This document shows positions 1 to 14,399 of a DNA stretch of 64,000 nt, piece after piece; within the stretch, counting starts at the first letter, position 1; each line of letters begins with the position of its first letter. Where the stretch lies: NCBI GenBank assembly GCA_951406725.2, contig OX597840.1:21204001-21268000 (forward strand), read 5' to 3'. The DNA comes from Octopus vulgaris (lineage: Eukaryota). A program made the position numbers and the translations under genes. The notes below the pieces were generated by a model. It saw nothing but the letters and a program-made list of their open reading frames with translations, searched no databases and was not told where the DNA came from.

Positions 1-889
1 AGCCAAATATCAAAAGCTAACTTTTATGGGCAGCATTCGTAATGAAAGGCGCAGAGAGAGAGATCTTGAAATCACATTCTCAGATTATATAAGACATTCC
101 TGCTGATGATCTGGAACGGTCAGCACTGGTCCACGGTCAGAATGACAACCACAAGTGCAACACTAAAGCATGGGGTTTTGAATGCTGCTGCAACAGACAA
201 CCCCAAGAATGCCAGGCAACTGACTGAACCCCAAATGCAAGATCTCCTCTCCTCACAGACAGAAAATACGTTCGTCCAGTCTGTTGGCATTGACAAGCCT
301 GGCCATTGGGTTACAATTGTTCAGCCTATTGTCATCATCATCATCATGACACACCTGTGCGTGTGTGTGTATCTATACAAACACATACACACAGGTGATG
401 TAGAATCAAACAAACCAATTTTTTTCTCATCAACAGTCGTCATCAATGTGTGTTATGAACCATCAACGATTTCTTGTTTTTGTTTTTGATTTCACAGAGA
501 GTAGAAGGTAAAACAGAATTGGGGGAAAGTGGGGTGGAGTGGGGGAATAAGTGACACAAATGGAACCAATCAACAGGTAGCAGCAGGTGAAAGAGAAATT
601 GTGGATTAAATGGATTGAGAGAGACGGGGGTGGGGTAGTGGTGGAAGAAAAGAGAAAGGGGTGAGTTTCAGGCAGCAAATAAAAAATGTTGTTGTAACAA
701 TGGTGATGGGCAAATGTTAAAGAATTGGTTTTTGATCCAGTATTGATTGATAATCAATCACGTCAGAATAGGGAAATTGAAAGGTAACAAGGGGGGGTGG
801 AGAAGAGCAACAACAGCAGTAAAGAATATGTCAAGAAGGACAAAGAGAACCCTTATCACAGACAAATTTGAACTAAACTAAAATACTGA

Positions 890-1830
890 CTTCAAATCCT
901 GGCACAAGGCCAGCAATTTCGAGGGGTGGAGGGCAAGTTGATTACATCACCCCCCAGCGCACAACTAGTACTTATTGTACTGACCCTGAAAGGATGAAAA
1001 GTAAAACTGGCCTCAGTGGAATTTGAGCACAAAACATAAACGATGGAGAAAATGGCACAAAGCATTCCCCCCCCCCATGTGTGCCAATGATTCTTCTGCC
1101 CTTGGGCTGGGGTCCAGGGTGGTGAGGAGAAAGAGAAAGCCCTTACATACCGTTCCACTTTTCAAACCTTTCCTCACCCAAAGGGGATGGCCAGCTTCTG
1201 GAATGCCACCCCCTATCAGCATCTCCACCCGCTTCATTAATGTCCCTGTTCTGGCAAGGAGGTGACTGGGTGGCTGCGTTAACCCCAGACAGAATAACAA
1301 TAACAATATTAATAATGATAGTTACTAATTTAGGCACATGACCAGCGGTTTTGAGGGGAGGGGTTAACTGATACCATCAAACATAGTATGGACCAATACT
1401 TTATTTTATCAGCCCCCAAAAGATGAAAGGCAAAGTTTACCCTGGCAGAGTTTGAACTCAGAATGTAAAGACAGCTGAAATACCACTGTAACACTAAGCA
1501 CTTTGCCCAGCCTGCTAACGATCCTATTATTAAGCTTGCCACCTTAATAATAATAATAATAATAATCCTTTCCACTAAATTTTTTTTTGGGGGGGGAGGT
1601 ATGAGTTGATTACATCAACCCCCAGCAATCAACTGGTACTTATTCTACTGACCCAAAAGGATGAAAGGCAAAGTTGACTGTGGTGGGATTTGAACTTAGA
1701 ACGTGAAAACGAATGAAATACTGCTAAGCATTTCGCCCATCATGTTAATGATTCTGTCAGCTCATCACCCTTTTAATAATAATCCTTTCTACTATAGGCA
1801 GAAGACCTGAAATTTGTGGGGAGGGGGACT
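890..1830 (-). mobile_element. Cluster of SINE family B copies separated by (AAT)n
   Basis: Repeated GGCACAAGGCC...ACTGGTACTTATTT...AAAGGATGAAAGGCAAAGT...TTTGAACTCAGAA; B-box-like GAGTTCAAAT on the minus strand. Confidence 0.8.
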
Positions 1831-4114
1831 ACTCAATTACCAACTGTAAATGCATGAACCTAAGAGCAGCATCAAAAGAAAGCAAGCATTTATTCACATG
1901 GCAAATGATTTAAACCTAGATAGATAAACCTAAATATCACAAAGTTATCTCGTCCAGTTCTTCACTGGTTAGACTTCAGTAATATTAATAAAGCATTTAG
2001 TTACAGTCAAGGACTTAATTTGGGTTGGCAATAGTTATACTTGGAACCAAAGAGGACCCTGATACATGAGTTTTACAGCAAACCTTCACTCGACTTGCAA
2101 AATCCATGTCAACCATCGGCTGTGTGAAATGTTAAATGTCTATGTTAAGCATTCATGCCAACCAACAGCTGTGCCCAGGTTTCTTCCTTCAACAAAAACT
2201 CAACTTACAAGACAGCTTCATGAATAAGGTTTCTACAAGGCACAAAGGACCAGACATCGGCAACCAAATTCAAGACCACTACTGTTACACGTCTCACACA
2301 CACATCATCTCCAGAAGCAGATATCAATCTTATTTCAAGTACCACTCTCAGACAATCTGGTCACAATATCTGCACCCACAGTTTTCAGATCTGGGACACA
2401 AAGAATTTAGGTTCTTGTCCCCAAACACAAGATATTTTAAAAACATATGAACCATGAATAGAAGCCTAATTCATACACCATTCACATTTTCCCCCACATC
2501 ACACCTTCGTCCTGGATTAAATTCTAAGATAAACAAAACAGATATTACAGAACAACAAAAACCTCAATGAAAGACGAATGTAATGCACCCTGGGTGGCGG
2601 TTCAAGGGTGTGCAATTTCATAGAAAGAAGGTGAGGAAATGGAAGAAAACGTATGAAATTGATAATCGTGAATAATTATGCTTTTTAAAGATTTTTCTTT
2701 TGGAAATTCATAAGAACTGTGAGGTACACCAAAAGAATAAGACTTGCAAGAGGTACCCACCCTGCCATGTTGCTTGGACTCAGGGTACTCCTCTTTAATA
2801 CTTCAAATTATAAAGGATTTTTGAGAGAGATAGAAAGAGAGGGGAGGGGCACAGACTTTTAATAGTTAAAGCTTCTTTCATTCACAACATTATTATTATT
2901 TTTTTTTTAAATGAGGTAGTTATTGTATCTAAAAGAAAATCTAATTAGATATAATTAGTGATTCTTAATTTCTGAAATCATCATCAAGATTTTCCTCAAA
3001 AGACATTAAACTAACTTGTGAAATAAATGTTTTATGAGTGTGTGTGTGTGTGTGAATATGTAATTTTATGCAAAACAAGGTAAACGTTAACCATAAAACC
3101 TCAGGGAGGACCATAAAGCCACAAATAGTAATACTTTTGGTTAAGACTGAACTATTATCTCATCAAAGCTGTTACTCAGAGTTTCATGTTGGTTGGAAGT
3201 CTTCACATGAACTGGAGAAATCTTTTATTTAAAAAGTTTTCTTCAAATAATCATTGATCAACCCTAATTAAACTTTCCTCTTGTTGCTAATCTAACGAGT
3301 CCCATTCTTTACGTATTCCTCTTCGCAGTGAAGAGGAAAATATAAGAATTGAGAGAATTAACGAAGTAAAGCTTTAATTAGGAAATGATCGACTGTGACT
3401 GAATAAACTCTGAGCAGCTCTTGGTTGCACATCACACTTTATTCAGTGATGTTGTGGCCATGCTGGTGCACCGAGTGACAATGTTGAGTAACTGAAACAT
3501 CTAATCTTTAATCAAGTTAGCGTCAGCACAATTAATGTAAGAAATATTAACTAATGATAGGTTTAATTATTCAGGCAAGTATTTGGGGGACAAATTTGGA
3601 TATGCTTCTCTCTAATTAGATCTCAGCAAGCACAGACTTCATCATAGTTGCCGAAGCAATGAAGCATGACTTACTAACATGTACAAAACCATGCATCCAA
3701 GCAACCATAACAATCAGTCAAAAGGTTTCATTTCAGTTATCCATTCATGCATTCCTTCAAAGAGCATCGTTTATTGAAGAATGAAGATGAGGTGAGAGGC
3801 TGGGTTATTACTGAGCAAACCATAACATTGTTATTTTATTTCAGAGGGATGATGTTATTTTTCCTACCTGCAGCAGCGGAATAAAGGTTGAAGATTGGAA
3901 AAGTTATGAAAAGAAAGCTTGTCGGGGGTTCATATCAACTTTAAAAACTGTAAATATTAAAAAAAAATCCCCTAAAAAAAATCCCCAACAATTTAGTGTT
4001 TAAAAGAATATAATAGTAATAACGAAATAATTAAGATATAATTAATTGAATTATTAATAGTTCTATTAAGAACAGCTAATCAAGTAATTAGTATTCTGTT
4101 CTTGAAGTGCAAAA

Positions 4115-4605
4115 TTAACCTGTTAGCATTTAAACCATCATCTTTTAACATCCGCCTTCCATGCTGGCATGGGTTGGACAGTCTGATGGAGGACTGGCGA
4201 ACCAGGAGGCGGTGCCAGGCTCCAATCTGTTCTGCAAGGTTTCTAACACTGGATACCTTTCCCAACGCCAACCGATCTGAGAGTGTTGAGACTAATTTTT
4301 ATGTGCCACTGGCATGAGGGCCAGTCAAGCAGCACTGGCAACCACCATGCTCGAATGGGACATTGTATGTGCCACCGGTATGGGAAACCAGTCAAGCGGC
4401 ACTGGCACAACCATATCTGGCCTAAATATTCTACTTCATGCTCAAACCGATTCTATCTTGCATACCTTTGCTACGACATCATTCTAAAAATAAACAATCA
4501 CATCACTGAAATCTCAAAGGTATGAGATAATGCAGGACTAATTCAAAACAATGTGAATAAATAAGCAGAACATTCGACAGAGTAATCTGAATACTAAAGG
4601 CTTAA
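4115..4605. mobile_element. piggyBac-type MITE interrupted by a SINE-like insert (4139-4408)
   Basis: TTAA-CC..TTAGCATT / AATACTAAAGG.-TTAA ends; insert flanked by an AACCAT duplication. Confidence 0.65.
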
Positions 4606-5106
4606 GGGATTAACAGAATTAGCTGAACAAAGTATAAGAACCAAAGGATTAGGAAATTGCTATCTGCCATTGTCGCAAGTGAAAGGGACAAGTTAAAACA
4701 GAATTTACTTTTTTAAAAAAAAGGGTAAGGATCTGACTTTTTTTTTTTTTTTTTACTTTGTACTCACCCCAATACATAACAATACATAACCCCACAAAAC
4801 CCTTCCTGCCAAAATAGACATGATGTTATAGAAAATGGGGATTGTATTATGTCAGCAGTTTCATAGATATGAAAAAAACAAAAAACAAACCCAAAACACC
4901 CGTAAAAATGTGATCTAGATAGTTATTAAAACACAAGAAAATTGTTTGTGATCAATACCCCAGCCATACCCTGCATCTTTTTACTATTTTCATCATCTAG
5001 AAACATGGGTGAAATGATTGTACAAATTCTGGTATGAATGCGTTACAAATGGTTGGATGTCTGTGCTTGAAATTCAGTGATTCCCTTTATTAACTACCGC
5101 CTTTTC

Positions 5107-5137
<31 letters not shown>

Positions 5138-6312
5138 CGCTAAAGTAGTGACATATGCCTACATAAAGGGGGAAAATGGTGTGGCTGTGTTTATGGCTGA
5201 TGGTCAGTGCCACATTCGGAAGGGTCACAAAAGAACCACATTTAGAGGAAGTCACTTCAACAGACACCAACTTTTTCTTAAAGCTATATTCTTACAGCAG
5301 GAGTTGAACTCTGCACATCAAGCTTACTAAACACTCATAAATTTCTCTGTGCTACTACTGCCTACAGCAGCAGAGTCGTGACTGAACAGAGCTATGACCA
5401 AAGGCATTCCAGCCATGATCACCCTGTCCTTTAGTACATCTAAGACTACACTCATTCAAGTGTTCTTCATTTCTTAAAATGGTAGAGTATGATTTCAGAG
5501 ACTTTGGTTGGACAACCAAAGAAGACAAACCCCAGTCAAAAGCCCAAGGCTCACAGGGAAAATTAATTTCAATGCAAGGAGTCCAGGATAGTGAAAAGGG
5601 CTTTGGATTACTGGATTAGAACTTTCCCTTGATACCTAGTCTATTTACTAGGAGGTGGTTTCAGAGGTAAATGTCTTGACCAGAGGCAAGCCAACACTTG
5701 GTCATTGGTACTTAATAGCCACACTCTTGTATGGTGCATTGAGCCCAGCTTCTAACCCTAGAGAGGTCAAAAGGTCAAAGGTTAGATATGTGGGAGCAGA
5801 ATTCAAATGCAGTTCCCACATATCCTGAGACACCTTTGGGATCTTGACCCTGATTCGAGCTCAGAGTTTGTAATGGCACATGCAATAATATTCCCAAAGT
5901 AAGCACCACCCAAAGAGTAAATAACTTACAGACTACCAAGAGACATTCTATAAAGATACAACAGACGGAAGAAAACCTAAGATAGAGGAAAATGAAGAGA
6001 GAAAAATGTGAAAATACTGCTAACGTGATTTGATCCTGAAACCTTTGGCTTTGACAATATTCGATCATTCACATGTTCCGTATGACTCTCTGCTCACACA
6101 CCCAATCTCTCTTTGTATATGCATGTGTGCATCAATCGCTGCATAATTGCAGGTACACACACACGTTAGTACAAAACTGACAATTCCATACACTACTGCT
6201 TATGTGCAAACAGTTGCACCACAGAGCAGCAACGGAATGACACGCATCACTGACTTCATATAAATAAACAAACTATTACATGCAACACGCACCTTTTCTC
6301 CCATTTCTAAAC

Positions 6313-6549
6313 CTATATATATATATATACACACACATATATATATAAATGTATATATACATATATGTATATACACATATATATAAATGTATGTATACAT
6401 ATATGTATATACACATATATATAAATGTATGTATACATATATGTATATACACATATATATAAATGTATGTATACATATATATATCCATATATACACATAC
6501 ATACATATATAAACATGCACACATACACACACATATATATATATATATA
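6313..6549. repeat. AT/AC microsatellite with a 38-bp higher-order unit (about 4 copies)
   Basis: Unit ACATATATATAAATGTATGTATACATATATGTATATAC. Confidence 0.85.
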
Positions 6550-6960
6550 GTGCTAAGGCCTTCTCTGGACATTGGTGACCAGGAGTTTCTGTACCACAAA
6601 AGTCTCTCTCCAAAGCTGGAGTGTGTATGTATGTATATGTATATATGATGTATTGCCTTCAGCAATACATCTTACATAGACAAGAGAAAAAAAGTTCTTA
6701 TCTGCTAAATAAACTGATCGTCACCTACCATCATATTCTTACTTCTAAAAGCATAAAGATAAGAAAAAAAAAATTGCCAGACATGAAACAAACTCCAAAT
6801 AAAAAATATGCGTAATATATATATAAATATATATATTACACATATGTATACAATTCTATTGTTTTTTTTTAAATAATGTTCCTTGTGTCCCCCAACCTTC
6901 TGTTTTTATCACATTCTTGAAGTCAGTCTCTTTTTGGTGTATCACAGAATTTGATATCAC

Positions 6961-6994
<34 letters not shown>

Positions 6995-7445
6995 ATCAAC
7001 TTTGACAGAAAACTGGTATTTTATGAATTTTTTTTTTTTGTGGGGGGCCAAAAAAAAAAAAACCAAACAAAGCAAAAAACCCCAACCCTGAAAGCCAAAA
7101 AAACTGACCCTGGCAGGATTTGATCTCAAGATGTAAAGGGATGTTTACTGCCTTACAATAAGGATGAGTTTAAAACATCCTAAATTTAAGGGGAAACAGG
7201 GAGAAACTAAAGAATTTCATTAAAATTAGGATTCAAGTATCTGTATGTAGAAGCAAATATGTGTGTGTGTGTGTGTGTGTTGTTTATATGATGAGGTAAT
7301 GTTTTTTTTGTTTACCTGTCTACAATATTCTAATTGTTACAACTTTTGGCAGTTCTCTCTGAAGTGGATAGAAACATCAGCATGAAAAAAGAGCAAGACA
7401 ATATCACCCCACCCCCCTCCTACTAGGTAGACACACACACACAAA

Positions 7446-7974
7446 CAGGGTGTTCGTAAATTATCGTTACAACTTCTGCAATTTATTGTACCTACTAAAG
7501 CTGAGATCTACCAATCGACTTCTTTGCAACCAATGGAGCCCATGTGGAAGTGTTCTGATGTTTCTAATAAAACTTTATTTGTTTGTCAATGTTTTCTTAT
7601 AAACTCTGCCGAGTTATTTTTATTTTCCATTTTTTACTGAATTTTTCAAACTGTAAAGCTAATTTATGGACACTTTGTATTTCTCTCATTACTTTCTTCC
7701 TCCACTCTCTCTTCCATTACTCCTAATACTGTCCTTTTACCCCATCATTACTACAGAGTGTACATAAATTATCTTTACAACTTCTGCACCTTGTACCTAT
7801 TAAAGCTAAGATCTACCAGTCAACCTCTTCGCAACCAATGCTGCCCGTATGGAACTATTTCTAATAAAACTTTATTTGTTTGTCAATGTTTTCTTACAAA
7901 CTCTGCAGAGTTATCTTTATTTATTTATTTTTTCTGAATCTGTCAAATTGTAAAGGTAATTTATGGACACCCTG
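7446..7974. mobile_element. Two adjacent Tc1/mariner-type MITEs (7446-7677, 7754-7974)
   Basis: TIRs CAGGGTGT..TAAATTA / TAATTTATGGACACCCTG, partial TA flanks; the two copies align with each other. Confidence 0.7.
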
Positions 7975-10863
7975 TTATATCAATCACACTCCAAATGCTT
8001 CCACATCTCCAATCTGAAAACACACACACACACAAACCAAACATTCTTTTTTACATTAAAAAAAACCCAGAAATCTTCAAACAGTTTATACATAAGTTTT
8101 TTTTTCTTTTTTGATTTCTTTATGAAATTTTTTATGAAAGACGAAAAAAAAAAAAAATTGGTGGGGAGGGGCAGTGTTAAGATGGATGACAGAGTTTACG
8201 GAATTTACAAAAATACGAGAAACAAAGCTAACTGTATGACAGTCAAACTGGATTGAACCAGGAACCTTTATCACCATCATCACCATCATGGCTATCATTG
8301 ACCTACACCACTACCTTTCCCACTGCTAATATATGTTAATTTATTCCACACATATGAGAGAGAGAGAGAGAGAGGGAGAGAGAGGTGTCTTCTGTCAGTC
8401 AAAGAAAAGAGCAAACAATCTTGAAGAAAGTCGTTTCTGAAACCAAAGAGAAACGACTTTGTTCCCTGAGTCAAATGAGAGACCTGCTAGAAACAGCAGC
8501 CAAATCTCCATCAGATCACATCTTACTGTCTCTCTAGAAAAAAAAAAAAAAAAAAAAAAGGAAGGACATACTGAGATAATGTGGGTCTGAATAACAGATG
8601 GGATGGCAACAGACGACAGGTCTGCAAGCTTGGGCTAACTTGGGGAGAAGCAATAACCATTCCCTCTTTCGCTCTCTCTCTCTCTCCTTAGATACGGTAC
8701 CGATTCTACTGTGAGCAGCTTTTTTCAGGCCAGGATCCTTGCAGTTCCTCATCAGACGAATAAACACAAAAGGGAGAAGAGATGAGGGAGGAAAAATTCA
8801 AGAGAAGAAGTTTAACATTTCAGAAAAAAACGGGAGGGGGGGGGTTATCCTGATTTCATTGAGAGGTGAGTTGGAATAAGATTAGCTGTTAGTGATGAGA
8901 ACGAAGGAGGAGGAAGAGGATCAAGGAAGAAAAATGGCAAAATTGTTAAAAAGATTAAGGACACCTTGGTTTCTTGCCACACGTCTTGTCACAATAAATT
9001 AATAATTAGCCCAATAGTTTAACACATGGAAACACATCCACACACACAAACACAAAACCATAAATCACACACATAAAACAACATTCAGACACACACACAC
9101 ACACATAGAAAACTGCACTCACACATACACATACACACAAAACATTTTTTCACGTCAGTCCTCATTCGGATAATTAATTAAAATTACATTCGTTTCTTTC
9201 CTTTCATACGATTCTTTTCCCATTTTTTTTTTTAAGAAAAAAATTAATTAAATGTTCAGTTTGAAATATTTTATCCGATATAAAAAAAAGAAAGAGCATT
9301 TTATAAGAAAGATGTAAAAAAATTTGGCTTTTCTAACCAAGTCGAGCCATTTTTTTTTTTTTAAATTGAAATATTTTTTGTTTTGTTAAATATTTGTAGA
9401 AATAACCGTAGAAAATATTGTCAACACCAAGAAATTATTTTAAAAACAGCTAAAGCTTTGTTTCCATTTTAGAAAGAAAAAAAAGGGTTTGTTCTCGCCC
9501 TGGTATTATTTACTTATCAAGGTCTTTTCGTCCCGTCCCCCCAATGCCATTAAGTATTTAAGAAAACCACAATCTCCCTCACCAGCCCCCCCAAAAATAC
9601 ATGTGTAAAAATGCCACACCAATGTCCTATCTTAGAATTATTAAGAAGAAAGAAGAAAATTCTCAGATAAAATTGTGAAAAGAAAGAAGGGGGGGGGGGG
9701 ATAAAACAAAACAACAAAACGAACAAAAAATGAAGAAGAATAACAAGAATGATAACAATAATTAGGAAGTTGTTAACGACAACTCTGAAGACCAATTAGA
9801 GAAATTTGTGGAAAGGTTTTTTAGAAACAAAAACCTTCAGGAAATTATCAAGATTGGAGATGTCTTTTTTTTTTTGTTTTTTTTTACTAGGAAAGAGACC
9901 AAATTTGAAACGGGGAAGAAGGGTTGAGCCCAGTTGAATTACTGGTAAATGTTAGTTGATAGCAAACAGTAAAGGGGTTGGAAACAATGAGGCACAAAAC
10001 GAGACACCATAAAGCGCTGTCTTCTCTGCTTTAAGTAAAAAAAAAAATTATAAAATAATTATAAAATCATCATCACCATCGTCATCATCATCATCGTCGT
10101 CATCATCACTACCATCTCAATAGAGAAGAGAATTGTTATGTTTATTTCACTGCTGATTTTTCTCGAGTCCAGGAAAACAGGTACGAAAACTCACAAACAT
10201 ACCGTTATTATTATTATTCTGAGTTCAAATTCCGCCAAGGTCAATGCTGATTTTCATCCTTATGGACCCCAATAAAATAAGTACCAGTTGAGTACTGGGG
10301 TTGATGTATTCGACTCACCCCACACTGCCCTTAAATTGCTGGCCTTGTGCAAAAATTATTATTATTATTATAAGCTATTTATTATAATGTGATAAATATC
10401 ATGAACCACACTGCACCCCTCCTTCGCCAAATATCATACGATTAGCGCAAGGCCACAATCAAGCTACACATATCAATAGTACTTACCAAGCGCAAGAAGA
10501 GGACCAGCAAAGTTGACCTCGGAGCGCAACAACTTAAGAGCTGCACGTAAGTTCTGCAATGAATCTTATCCGGAATGAAACCCATTCCACATTACCTTCG
10601 CTTGTTTTCTAACGATGGGAGGCTGCCGCGTGATCCAAGCAGTCAATACCACAATGTGGTCCGACCCATAAATTTACTGGTCGAACCACGGTGGAACAGT
10701 CACAGTTTAGGTGACTGTTGCACCCCAAGGGGGTCCAGACTATATTAAGGGGTAGCAGCCGACAGGTGGATGTCTCTGGCTTTGGCCGCGATGTAGCCGG
10801 AAGCCGCTGCCGTCCATGCCCTGCTTATCTACGTGCCCTGTATACCAACACAGGTTTTTGCTA

Positions 10864-11465
10864 TTAACCCTTTAGCATTCAAACCAGCCATATCTGGCCC
10901 AAACATTCTATCTATTTTATTTTCAATTTGGCCAGATCTTGCCTCTCGCACCTACCCTACAATGTCTTTCGAAATATAAACAATCGCATCGTTGAAATCT
11001 CTAAGCTACAAGATAATCCATGATTAATTCAAGACAATCGGAATAAATAAGGATTACATTTGACACAATAATCTGAATACTAAAGGATTAAATGGGTCAT
11101 AACTAGCTCAGATATTCTACCAAATATTCTACATTATAGAGCCAGCCAGATCTTGCCTCTCACACCCATCCTACAATGTTATTCCAAAAGTATACAATCA
11201 TGTCATTGAATTCTCAAAGCTACAAGATAATCCATGATTAATTCAAGACAATGGGAATAAATAAGGATTACATTCGACAGAGTAATCTAAAGGGTCGAAT
11301 TGGCCCCTTATCCAGCCCCAAATTTTCTACTTGTTTTATGTTCAAATCAGCCTGATCCGGTCTCTTACACCTACCCTACAATAAACATCGACATTGAAAT
11401 CTCAAAGCTATGAGATAATGCATAATTAATTGCAAACAATGTGAAGAGTCTGAATGCTAAAGACT
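10864..11465. mobile_element. piggyBac-type MITE (10864-11091) plus two tandem partial copies
   Basis: TTAA TSD, TIR CCCTTTAGCATTCA / TGAATACTAAAGGA. Confidence 0.75.
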
Positions 11466-11719
11466 TGAGTGATGACAACTGCAAATAGAAAACCAACCAA
11501 AAAAACTATCAGAGTCAAAGGAGGAAGATGAAGGAGAGCTCTTTATGTAACGAGACATCGAGTGGAGAGTAGATTCTACTGGGAAAAGGAATGAAAGAGA
11601 GTTAGGGGTAAGAAGAACTTCAGATCAATCCTAGTCGAATACTATTAGGGGATATTATTAGGGATAAGAACAAATGTAATAGATTACAAGGAATATATGA
11701 AGTAGTGGTAGTAATTGTT

Positions 11720-12346
11720 TCTGCTAGAGGCACAAGGCCTGAAATTTCATGGGGAGGAGGTAAGCCAATTACATCGACCCCAGTGCATAACTGGTACTTA
11801 TTTTATCGGCCCTGTAAAGATGAAAGGAAAAGTTGACCTCAGTGGAATTTGAACTCAGGACATAAAGACAAATGAAACGTCACTAAGCTTTTTTGTCTAG
11901 CGGGCCAACAATTCTGTTAGCCTTAATAATAATAATAATGATAATAATCTTTTCTATTATAGGCACAAGACCTGAAATTGGGGTGGGGGGGGCGATTACA
12001 CCGACCCCAGTGTTTCCCTGGTACTTAATTTATTGACCCTTCCCACCAAAAGGACAAAAGGCAAAGTTGACCTCAGTTGAATCTGAACCCAGAATTTAGC
12101 AATGAGCAAAGTACCGCTGAGCATCTCATCCAGCGTACTAACAATTCTACCAACCAGCCACCTTCAATAATAATAATAATAATAATCCTTTCTACTTTCT
12201 ACTGAAAGGTCTGAAATTTTCGGGGAGGGGACTAGTTGATTACATCGACCCCAGTATTTCACTGGTACTTAATTTTATCGACCCCAAATTCGTCCAGTGT
12301 GCTAACGATTCTGCCAGCCTGCCGCCTTAATAATAACGACAACTAC

Positions 12347-12390
<44 letters not shown>
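11720..12390 (-). mobile_element. Three head-to-tail SINE family B copies
   Basis: Same motif set, (AAT)n spacers. Confidence 0.8.
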
Positions 12391-12393
<3 letters not shown>

Positions 12394-12698
12394 ATTAATG
12401 TTAACCACTATGTGATTAATATTGATTTAAACAAAAGTAGACATAACATCCCTAAACACTTTTAAGTGGGTTAAGTCAATAATAAGAAAGGGGGGGCAGT
12501 ATTGACCCCTGGAGGGGGATTGTAATTCAGATAATGAATAAAATATAATGAAACCCATTACAAAGGCAGGTATTTTGCACATCGTACGACTTCTATAATC
12601 CGTCATCCACCACTTTTAATATTAACTATGAGGTTAGAGACAACATTATGACTTAATACATAGGATAGATTATCTCACATTACAATATATTATATATA

Positions 12699-12870
12699 AT
12701 TATAAATTAGGGTATCTACGAGATACCACCATGCTGAAAATAGCAGCCATGATCTGACTCTATAACCACCTTAATTGTCCATATATCAACATGGGACACT
12801 TAAGGTGGTTTTAGAGTCATGGCTGCTATTTTCAGCATGGTGGTGTCTCGTAGATACCCTAATTTATAAT
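12699..12870. repeat. ~170-bp near-perfect inverted repeat
   Basis: ATTATAAATTAGGGTATCTACGAGA... / ...TCTCGTAGATACCCTAATTTATAAT. Confidence 0.9.
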
Positions 12871-13806
12871 TTTAATAATTATTACCTTTGAAGGTTATTT
12901 TTTCCATGCTGACCACTTGATGAGATCGTTATTTTATTTTTAAATTAACGATCTTATCCTTATATATATTTATTGTAATGTTTCACTGGTACTTCATTAA
13001 TTGACCTCAGGTATGGGGATACCTCAGCCCCCAGGTGAGATGCCCATACCAGAGGTATAAACCAGCAGTGAGATTTAATTATGCAACAGAGGAACTGACA
13101 GCTTTATGCCGACACAGATGAAATGGTAACACTGATTGCACGCCTCGATGAACGCCAAGGCCTGAAACAAAATACTCCTTGCAGTGGCTTAACACACACA
13201 CGTCTACGAACCCACAAATGGATGTCAGAAGAATTCTTATGAATCTTTAAATCATTAAGTAATAATTCCTGGCAGTTATCAGTGATTTCTGCTCCCAATG
13301 GGGCCAAATGAATGGCCCCAAACATTTCTGATGTCTTCCTAGAACTTCACTGAGAGAGAAAGAGAGAAAGAAGAATGAACATCACAACATCTCCACATAA
13401 AAACCTAGATTCCTGCCTATGTGAGATTATTATTATTATCATCATTAAAAATAATATTAATAATAATAGGTTCTAATTTAAGCACAAGGCCAGCAATTTT
13501 GAGAGGAAAAGGGTTTAGTTGATTCTACTGACCTCAATATATGACTGGTACTTTATTGATCCTGGAGGGATGAAAGGCAAAGTGGGCCCTACTGGGACAC
13601 CACAAGGTACTAACAATTCTGCTATGGTGTCGTTATTGTCATCATTATTATCTCGCACACTCCTCAGAGCCAAGAGTAGAGATTATCACATCGTTGATAA
13701 TTAGCTGTTAATTAATGGCTTGTCAAGTGAAGTAATGATAACGATAAAAAAGGGACAATAAAACCAGAAACAACAGTTTGGAAGACACATGCAAATACAC
13801 ACACAC

Positions 13807-13854
<48 letters not shown>

Positions 13855-14399
13855 GCTCACGCACACGTATATGTAAATATAAGCGTACATACAACTACAC
13901 ATTTATTCATTACTCTTTTACTTGTTTCAGTCATTTGACTGCGGCCATGCTGGAGCACCGCCTTTAATCGAGCAATTCGACCCCGGGACTTATTCTTTTT
14001 GTAAGCCCAGTACTTATTTTATCGGCCTCTTTTGCCGAACCGCTAAGTAACAGGGACATAAACACACCAGCATCGGTTGTCAAGCAATGCTAGGGGGACA
14101 AACACAAACATACACACACACGCATACAAATATTTATATACATAAGTATACACACGCACACACACACACACACACATAAACAAACACATACGCAAGGCTT
14201 TTGGTTCAATGTTACGATAGGAAGACATCTGAATGTGATGAGAAAAAGGTAAAGAAAAGGGCCAAAGGAAAAGTTCAAGATGTGATTGGTTGTGTACAGA
14301 TGTCAAACATTAGGGAAGGAAAAATATAATCCATAAAGGTATGCAGTGGTGGTGGTCATTAGCTATTCAAGGAGCAGTCAAAGAAGCGAGTGATGATAA

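Noticed and set aside
106-489. 127-aa ORF as a second gene
   Set aside because: No recognisable domain, it runs through CAT and TG microsatellites, and it has no supporting splice structure.
8715-8760. CTGATGA...GAAA hammerhead on the minus strand
   Set aside because: No UH site, and no stem I or stem III pairing.
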